From a virus (lineage: Duplodnaviria > Caudoviricetes): a stretch of DNA of 60,546 nt. Positions 55,101-60,546 of this stretch are shown piece by piece. The stretch is taken from positions 1 through 60,546 of IMG/VR virus record IMGVR_UViG_3300030101_000172; one strand, given 5' to 3'. The first letter of the stretch is position 1, and every line of letters begins with the position of its first letter. Made by a program: the position numbers and the translations under genes. The notes beneath the pieces were generated by a model that saw only the letters and a program-made list of their open reading frames with translations, did no database searches and had not been told where the DNA came from.

Positions 55101-56744
55101 AAACGCTGTAAGATTATTTTCATATTGTTCTGTTGCTATTTTCTCGACCTGTGCAACTGCGTTCTTACGTTGTTCTTTAGTTAAGTGAGTTAAATTTAAG
55201 TTTGCAGCATTTAGAGCTTTATTTAAAAAATTTTCTTTTTCTAATGTAAATGCTTTGTTGTATTCTTCTTCGTTTGTAACAAAATACTTATCTTTACCCT
55301 CTGTAAGCCAGTGATAATGTGCATCAAATTCTTCTCCTGCAGCCGCTGCATCATCATCTAACCCATTGTATTTTATATATTCATCAGGCACAAAAGCATC
55401 GTCTGTCAATGCTCTAACAATACCTTTATCTACACTTTGTTGCACAGGTACTAAAGCGTCATCTAGTTGTTCACCACTCGATACTAAAGTATCTTTTAAT
55501 ACGTTATATTCATCACGAAATGTATTTACACTATTTAAAGCTGCTTCAGACTCAGCTTTATATTTATCTAATAAAGGTTTAAAGTTATCTGCATAATCTT
55601 TATCTAACGCTGTGGTATACTCATTATATTCTTTAATAGCAGCATTTAAGTTATCTGCATTGCCTTGAGATGGATCACCCTCAAAAGTTGCTCTTAAAGA
55701 ATCTACCTTACTTTTTAGCTGGTCACGAGTTTCAAACCTAGGAGTCATTTCATCAGCCACAGCGTTATAATTAGCCGCTGCAGTCTCGTAATCGGCCACA
55801 GCATCGTCTATCTGACCTACTTTATTTTCTAACGCTTCGTAGTCACCAGAAACTTTATCTATGGTGTTCCGTACATTTTTATCTATAGATTTATTTAATT
55901 CTTCAGAACCATATTTTAGAATAGATTTCATTAAAGCTGGTGTTACATCTTTACCAGTAAATGCTGCAGTTGTTGTGTTAACTATAGCATTAGTTATAGC
56001 TGCCATCTGCCCGTCAGTATATTTCCTAGAAGCCTTGTCTCCAAACTCATCAAAATAATAACTATCAGGATCAAGCTGTTGATGCACTAAATCTGCTGTA
56101 ACAGTTCCTCTAACTATAGCACTAGTGATTAACTCTGGAGTGACTTCTCCTCCTGAAAGAGTAGCCGTCAAAGTATCAGATATAACATTCTTTGCTGCTT
56201 GTGGTAAATCTTTATACGCTGAGTTTTCTTCTAACTGACCTAAAGATGCACTTATACCTCCAGATATACCACCTTTTGCAAAAGCCTCTACAGGATCTTG
56301 TCCGTATACTATGGCTTGAGTGGCTCTTTGACTACCTGTTCCTATAACTGCTCGTGCTACAGCTTGTTGCCCTGCTGATGCACCTGCTTCTGCTGCTGAT
56401 GCTGCTGCTTCTGATCCAGCATAAGTCCCTACTTTTGCTCCAACCTGTTGTGCTACATATGCTTTTGCTGTAGCTTCTAGTATATCACCTATGTCACCAC
56501 CTTCCATAGCAACATCTGCACCTTCTATAAGAGGTATAGCCCAAGGTGCATAAACTGCGGCTGTTATAGTAGCTATGGTTTTTACAGGATCGTCTAAAGC
56601 TGCATCGACAACATTTTCTACAACATCGACAACAGGGTTAATTATGTCATCAACAAAAAAATCAGCAACGTCAGCTACATATTCTGGAACGTCATCAACA
56701 ACAAAATCTTTAGCGTCATCAAATATTTCTATAACATCGTGCAC
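52155..56744 (-). CDS. Large acidic internal virion protein with ~46-aa repeats
   Basis: 1529 aa with repeated YVDP/LDP units. Located in the ejection-protein cluster. Confidence 0.6.
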   Translation of the reverse strand: MHDVIEIFDDAKDFVVDDVPEYVADVADFFVDDIINPVVDVVENVVDAALDDPVKTIATITAAVYAPWAIPLIEGADVAMEGGDIGDILEATAKAYVAQQVGAKVGTYAGSEAAASAAEAGASAGQQAVARAVIGTGSQRATQAIVYGQDPVEAFAKGGISGGISASLGQLEENSAYKDLPQAAKNVISDTLTATLSGGEVTPELITSAIVRGTVTADLVHQQLDPDSYYFDEFGDKASRKYTDGQMAAITNAIVNTTTAAFTGKDVTPALMKSILKYGSEELNKSIDKNVRNTIDKVSGDYEALENKVGQIDDAVADYETAAANYNAVADEMTPRFETRDQLKSKVDSLRATFEGDPSQGNADNLNAAIKEYNEYTTALDKDYADNFKPLLDKYKAESEAALNSVNTFRDEYNVLKDTLVSSGEQLDDALVPVQQSVDKGIVRALTDDAFVPDEYIKYNGLDDDAAAAGEEFDAHYHWLTEGKDKYFVTNEEEYNKAFTLEKENFLNKALNAANLNLTHLTKEQRKNAVAQVEKIATEQYENNLTAFKNADVTNYAEQIAQDYLRSQDLVMDVLKQQGKTDAEIDQYIGNQKFVSSVHHALSKYENDDIDKSGVTDADIVSNNAKVVTNEDGGLSYAILTAGNSSPYFDPKENKIVQNVAIKDGYEVQDLDGNVLMKVEQLPLLTADTLLETNTEAGIKTYAEIQDEDSKKFLEAGLGSTTWAFIQQAYEYAKTEDAPDFLKDTAGVVLSAGGELIQSFNGLLVLANVNPETTAVGQFARNLIKLGDDVKTEEYKNNVEKIQDTITALRENIDPNAPWFERAWETTKAIYGGASEAPLTFAAEYIAKEVIQEVPLLLLSGGTANVAKKVLMEGGEAYAKNIAMKVGVGTSVTASMAEGFGGTAVETFDEAYRTAIKSGMNEEQATEYAFDLAKEAGTISAITTLATGKVLKGNDFEKAIFGGKKKGNISEAFEVIGKETVQEGFEEGLPKAWSESKLVQIDPERDTIGNVTANTVLGMISGGGTSATIYGTVEGYNAVENKLNVITTGDFVSSAIANFNPEVSSVIGNTDKTTENMSVLEQNLTDLGIDSNITSNIMNTYYDDAYIGSEEVYDKYREFGDYKPEQSEVDRFVGKSSSEQFNTDFDAYIDPRFVDKQEIQNIAASEGVTLTDEQINQYVGQKDESTLLEQARKDLDPTAVTKEESRKYLTDLGYTPTDEEVAQFTAQIAETEQAKAIGEYVDPRMTSFDEAKSYFDALGYTATDDEINNFVGQTEEVKQRVSVGEYVDPKLVTETEAFEAFKNAGLSDVLPEDARKLMGQYDQTLLGGKVEEALPEARFNVLKNMIGSPATDTDPATGIFAEIEDVRKGSEIQDQLDILSDALGTQGQNITDVADILGKPATDTDQATGLFATTQDANQQLLDQLSTISDKQTDFMQQYEQEVEDEARRRAVAAKRGQQMDLAKQLYQGLQPQQLTPLKPVELAKIGAPYQFESIFRDAGQEAFYQTPYNRGGQVSNLNDTLLKLIGDD

Positions 56745-57217
56745 TATGCCATACCCTTTAATGAGTCTTCACCTATCCTAGCAAACAAATAAGTTCTATC
56801 TCTATGAAATTTTGCAAATATTTCGGTATCTGTGTTTATTAATTTTCTTTTTATAATTTCATGCACTGGTCTAGCTGATTTACTAAGACCAGTAGAGTAT
56901 CTATTTATCCCTTTATCTTGTAAATAAGCAAGATATTTTATAGAATTATTTACAAAATTTCTGCCTGTGTCTGAATTATAAACATACCCTGACATAGCTT
57001 TACTGGCTTTACCTTTTCCTCTATGTCCTATAAACACAGTATTACCAATTTGCGTAACATCTGCGTCATCCATACTAGACTCTCTAGCCACAGCTAGTAA
57101 TTGAGCTTGTAAAGGAGTTTTTCTACCTGAAGTTTCTTCCATTGCCATAGCTAATCGGTTAGCAATAACTGTAGAAGTATCTAATAATTGTGTATTACTA
57201 TCAACAACTGGCATCAA
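56744..57217 (-). CDS. Hypothetical protein
   Basis: Coupled to both neighbours. GGAG RBS. Confidence 0.65.
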   Translation of the reverse strand: MMPVVDSNTQLLDTSTVIANRLAMAMEETSGRKTPLQAQLLAVARESSMDDADVTQIGNTVFIGHRGKGKASKAMSGYVYNSDTGRNFVNNSIKYLAYLQDKGINRYSTGLSKSARPVHEIIKRKLINTDTEIFAKFHRDRTYLFARIGEDSLKGMA

Positions 57218-57543
57218 CTAATCTCCAATATACTAGCAACAACATGTAATCTGTTAGCTGTAGCAGCCGTAACTTTTAGTATCTCTCCAGTTTGTACAAC
57301 TAAGGGAGCTGTTAATAATTCTGCTGTAGCATTTGCACTAATAGATTTTGTTTTAAATAAACTAAAAGTAGCAGGAGATGACTCTGCATCAGTTATAGTA
57401 ACAGTTATGGTGTCAGCGTTTCCTGAATCCTCTGATACTAATATAGATTTAACAATAGCTGTAGTTAGTGCAGGTGCAGTGTATAACGTTGTTTCACTTG
57501 TGCCTGTAAGATCTTTCTTTGCATTTACATATTTATTAGGCAT
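57214..57543 (-). CDS. Putative virion structural protein
   Basis: TTLYTAP...AIVKSILV. TAATG coupling suggests a start at 57543. Confidence 0.65.
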   Translation of the reverse strand: MPNKYVNAKKDLTGTSETTLYTAPALTTAIVKSILVSEDSGNADTITVTITDAESSPATFSLFKTKSISANATAELLTAPLVVQTGEILKVTAATANRLHVVASILEIS

Positions 57544-57734
57544 TAGCTTAAAAACCAAGATGTAGCTTCGGCTCTGTCAGATATACTGGCGTTCCTTAAA
57601 GCTGTGTCTACTTGTAAAAAATACAAACGCAATACGTTATTTAATTGTATAAACGCTTGTTGTTCATAATCGTCTGGTGGATAAGGTAATGCAGGTGTTT
57701 TAAACCCTATACCATATCTCGTAATATCTACCAT
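57543..57734 (-). CDS. Hypothetical tail-associated protein
   Basis: PALPYPPDDY...LNNVLRLYF. Coupled to neighbours. Confidence 0.65.
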   Translation of the reverse strand: MVDITRYGIGFKTPALPYPPDDYEQQAFIQLNNVLRLYFLQVDTALRNASISDRAEATSWFLS

Positions 57735-59578
57735 TATCGTCTCCCATCTGGTCGCATATCTAATCTAGGTGAACCTAATTGCCATGTAACCCCTTCGGCA
57801 CTTGATTCTATACGCATAGACATTTGTCTAGCACGTATTCTAATATGTAATTGTTCTGTATATTTTTCTATGTCTGCAGCAGATGTCCTTGTTATTGTTG
57901 CATTATTTGACCCGCCCTCTGATGTAACTGTTTTATGTCCAGAACCAGAACTTGTTAATGGGTTTAAAGTCATGGTGACCACAGGACTATCTGCGGTAGA
58001 ACCATCAAAAGTTATATCAGGTATTATTTTATTAACAAACGAGAATTGATGCCCGTCATTTAAATCAAATTCTGCAGATACTATATGTGCAGCTATAGCT
58101 GCTGTTGTAGCTGTTTCTTTATCATCCACACCTAACTCATGATTTACTAACACGTTATTATATGTCGCTGCTAAAGGATTTTTTCTTAATCCAGAATCTA
58201 ACCACGCTGTTCTACCCAATGAACCATAATACCAAGTTTTTTCCATATAATTATAAATAACATATCTATCTATGTCATTAGAGTTGCTGGTGCAATAATA
58301 CCACCATATTTCGTGAAAAGACTCGTTAGTGCCAGAGTGCACTTGATCGTATTGTAATATATTAAAATCGTTAAATACATACTTTCTTACGTCACATTTT
58401 AATGGTTGCACTCTACCATCATATAAATAAAATTTATCAACGCCCATCCAGTAAGCTATGCCGTTTGCGTAAGACACAGATAATTGAGAAGATATAGATA
58501 TGTTTTCACCAACTAATGTAGCTGTCCACACGGCAGGTGCACCAACGTATTGCAGAGAGTATAAAGAAGAATCTGTCCATACAAGCACCTCTTGTCGGGC
58601 TTGAGAGGCTGCAACTATTTTAGTACCACGAGATAATCTTAAACTACCTGCTTGATTTTCTATAGAAGGTGACCAGTTTGTTGCATCTTCTTGGTCAGAC
58701 CACCTAATGAGAGTAGGATCAAGAATACCACTTCCTATAGGGTTTGTACCCATGCAAAACACAAAACGACTTATATCTGATACTAATATTATGTTTTGTA
58801 GCAAGGGTACATCTGATGCACCAGACAAACTAGATAACTCCACAGCTCTGGTGGTAACGCCATTTGTAGCATCCCAAAAATATATACTACCTCCGTTTGG
58901 CCCAAATATTAAATGTTCACCGAAATGAGAATGACTCCATATACGCACTTCGTTTACGGAGGATTCACCAACACCCCAAGCACCAGCACCCCAACCACCA
59001 GCACCCCAACCTGTAAGAGGTATGGCAAAAGCAGAACCGACATTCACTTGATATGCCGCTGACACAGATCCACCCCCTGTGGCAGAAGATGAAGCAGCAG
59101 AAGACACTGTTATATTGTAAGTTGTGGCAGATACTATATCTATTTGAAACTCGCCAGTTATAGTTAAACCACCAACCGCACTACTACCACTAAATGTTAC
59201 AAAATCCTCGTCAATAAACCCACCATTTGTATCTGTGACTAATACAGTTGTTGATCCAGATGTAGTGGTAAATGGATTAGTTAATGATTGAGTTGCACGT
59301 AAAGGTGTAACATCATTAAAATTACCACCTAACTCTATGTAATATTTTAAATTAGTGCCTACACCTACAAAGTTTTGACCCCCTAGACTTACCCAGTTAT
59401 GTAAAGCTCTACATGTACCCAGAAACGTGTTTTCACCTATTCGTTCCCAACCACCTATTTTTTCAGGTGTACCCTGTCTAAAACGTATTTTATCACCATC
59501 ATACCAACCACCTTCGTTAGTATATCTAGTGCCCTCTCGGTTTATACCACCTTTTAATAATACTTTTTGTAAAGGCAT
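57734..59578 (-). CDS. Tail nozzle / head-closure protein (P22 gp10-like)
   Basis: GWYDGDKIRFRQG.PEKIGGW, IRWSDQED, beta-propeller-like composition and C-terminal RLDMRPDGRR. Confidence 0.65.
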   Translation of the reverse strand: MPLQKVLLKGGINREGTRYTNEGGWYDGDKIRFRQGTPEKIGGWERIGENTFLGTCRALHNWVSLGGQNFVGVGTNLKYYIELGGNFNDVTPLRATQSLTNPFTTTSGSTTVLVTDTNGGFIDEDFVTFSGSSAVGGLTITGEFQIDIVSATTYNITVSSAASSSATGGGSVSAAYQVNVGSAFAIPLTGWGAGGWGAGAWGVGESSVNEVRIWSHSHFGEHLIFGPNGGSIYFWDATNGVTTRAVELSSLSGASDVPLLQNIILVSDISRFVFCMGTNPIGSGILDPTLIRWSDQEDATNWSPSIENQAGSLRLSRGTKIVAASQARQEVLVWTDSSLYSLQYVGAPAVWTATLVGENISISSQLSVSYANGIAYWMGVDKFYLYDGRVQPLKCDVRKYVFNDFNILQYDQVHSGTNESFHEIWWYYCTSNSNDIDRYVIYNYMEKTWYYGSLGRTAWLDSGLRKNPLAATYNNVLVNHELGVDDKETATTAAIAAHIVSAEFDLNDGHQFSFVNKIIPDITFDGSTADSPVVTMTLNPLTSSGSGHKTVTSEGGSNNATITRTSAADIEKYTEQLHIRIRARQMSMRIESSAEGVTWQLGSPRLDMRPDGRR

Positions 59579-60021
59579 TATGTAACAGCCTCCATTCTTT
59601 TTACTAGTCTATCCGCTCTATTTGGCACTTGTCTTGCCCAAAGCGAATCTTTCATTTGTACAGATGCCTCTGTCCAATCTCCATTATCTATAGCTTTTTT
59701 CATTTTGTGAAAACGAGATAAACGAGGTCTACCCATATTAAACAACATGTTAGCTATAATTCTTTGTACTTCTTCTGGTAAATCATCAAAGTTATTATAG
59801 AGAAGTTTACATTCATCTATTGTTGTTTCTAAATCTTCTGCAAATAATATATCAACTCTTTCTACAGATACTGGATCACCTACCTCTAATTTGTTTTCTG
59901 GGTCTGTAGCTCTACACAAGTGACCCACACCACAAGTTTTGTAGCCGAGGTGGTCTAAATACACTTCATAAATGACACCCTCATCATTTTTAATTTCTTC
60001 TTTTAATTTATCTAAGTCCAT
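59578..60021 (-). CDS. Phage lysozyme (GH24, T4-type)
   Basis: Catalytic E-x8-D-x5-T in DEGVIYEVYLDHLGYKTCGVGH, plus NMLFNMG and DSLWARQVPNRA. Confidence 0.92.
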   Translation of the reverse strand: MDLDKLKEEIKNDEGVIYEVYLDHLGYKTCGVGHLCRATDPENKLEVGDPVSVERVDILFAEDLETTIDECKLLYNNFDDLPEEVQRIIANMLFNMGRPRLSRFHKMKKAIDNGDWTEASVQMKDSLWARQVPNRADRLVKRMEAVT

Positions 60022-60118
60022 CTTTTACCTGCTTTTGTCTTAAAGATTGTACGTGTTTATAGTAAAAATAATTACCGATCTTATTAAAAAGTTTAGCTAA
60101 TCGCAACCAAGCCCACAT
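60008..60118 (-). CDS. 36-aa cationic amphipathic peptide
   Basis: TGATG coupling to the upstream gene and overlap with the lysozyme start. MWAWLRLAKLFNKIGNYFYYKHVQSLRQKQVKDGLR. Confidence 0.55.
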   Translation of the reverse strand: MWAWLRLAKLFNKIGNYFYYKHVQSLRQKQVKDGLR

Positions 60119-60405
60119 CATTTTTTTCTAGCCTTTCTTATGGCTTCTTTACCTCTTTTAAATATACTAGCCACTTTATTCTTACCCATCACTTTTGCTC
60201 TCTGTTCACCGACTGTAAGTATCTGTATCTTTCTCGCAAAAGGTTTACTGACTCTTTTAACTTTTGCAACCGTAGCTCTTGCGTCTGCTTCTGTGGCGAA
60301 CTTGATGCCAACGGTGTCTTTTGGGTTCTCATCTGTGTATAATCGTCTCCCAGAACCCTTTGGTTTTTTACCTGTTCCTACTTTAGGGTCTCTTTTTTTT
60401 GCCAT
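60118..60405 (-). CDS. Small basic hypothetical protein
   Basis: GTGKKPKGSGRRLYTDENPKDTV...EQRAKVM. Confidence 0.75.
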   Translation of the reverse strand: MAKKRDPKVGTGKKPKGSGRRLYTDENPKDTVGIKFATEADARATVAKVKRVSKPFARKIQILTVGEQRAKVMGKNKVASIFKRGKEAIRKARKK

Positions 60406-60545
60406 TATATTTTCTTTACTTTTCTTTTTCGCTTTGCCAAAGCAAATTGTTTTTTAGTAGGAGCACCCTTTGTGCCTGGTTTTCGCATCTTTTCTCCACT
60501 ACCAGCTTTTATTCTTTTTCTTTTTGCTTGTATGTTTCTGTATAA
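60405..60545 (-). CDS. Small basic protein, 5'-truncated by the window edge
   Basis: Translated by hand: LYRNIQAKRKRIKAGSGEKMRKPGTKGAPTKKQF... with TAATG coupling. Confidence 0.65.
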   Translation of the reverse strand, partial: LYRNIQAKRKRIKAGSGEKMRKPGTKGAPTKKQFALAKRKRKVKKI

Positions 60546-60546
60546 A

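Larger units (their letters stand above)
1..60546. mobile_element. Near-complete tailed bacteriophage genome, podovirus-like and probably circularly permuted
   Basis: Contains terminase, portal, capsid, tail, lysozyme, PolA, primase and helicase genes in two long co-oriented arms. No host housekeeping genes were seen. Confidence 0.97.

Noticed and set aside
41510-60457. Plus-strand ORFs within the right late arm, e.g. 44039..45085 (348 aa)
   Set aside because: They are antisense shadows of long minus-strand genes.

Overview
This window is most of the genome of an AT-rich tailed dsDNA phage (Caudoviricetes) with podovirus-like morphogenesis, probably marine, and apparently circularly permuted. 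A minus-strand late arm runs from 22.8 kb down to 1: putative terS, terL, portal, GroES, scaffold, major capsid protein, small basic proteins, adaptors and a long array of tail-fibre modules. It appears to continue from 60.5 kb down to 41.5 kb with basic proteins, lysozyme, tail nozzle and internal/ejection proteins, including a 2256-aa protein with an HExxH motif. A plus-strand early/replication arm (23.2-41.5 kb) carries a DUF3150-like + MoxR AAA + metallopeptidase-VWA module, VRR-NUC, a Leu762-type PolA, a PD-(D/E)XK nuclease, HNH, SNF2 helicase, SSB and a primase-helicase. No integrase, tRNA, CRISPR array or reverse transcriptase was recognised. The strongest unexplained signals are: (1) eleven copies of a 19-bp palindrome, TGTTAGTG-N3-CACTAACA, confined to 23.0-31.1 kb; (2) a 0.7-kb non-coding control region with 24-bp direct repeats and an inverted array of AATGTTC heptamers; (3) local avoidance of several restriction-type words over about 24-34 kb; (4) a shared [YFML]xxGGx[VIL] motif in small basic proteins and internal virion proteins. 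Protein calls come from motif recognition and gene position, not database searches, and word counts were made by eye.
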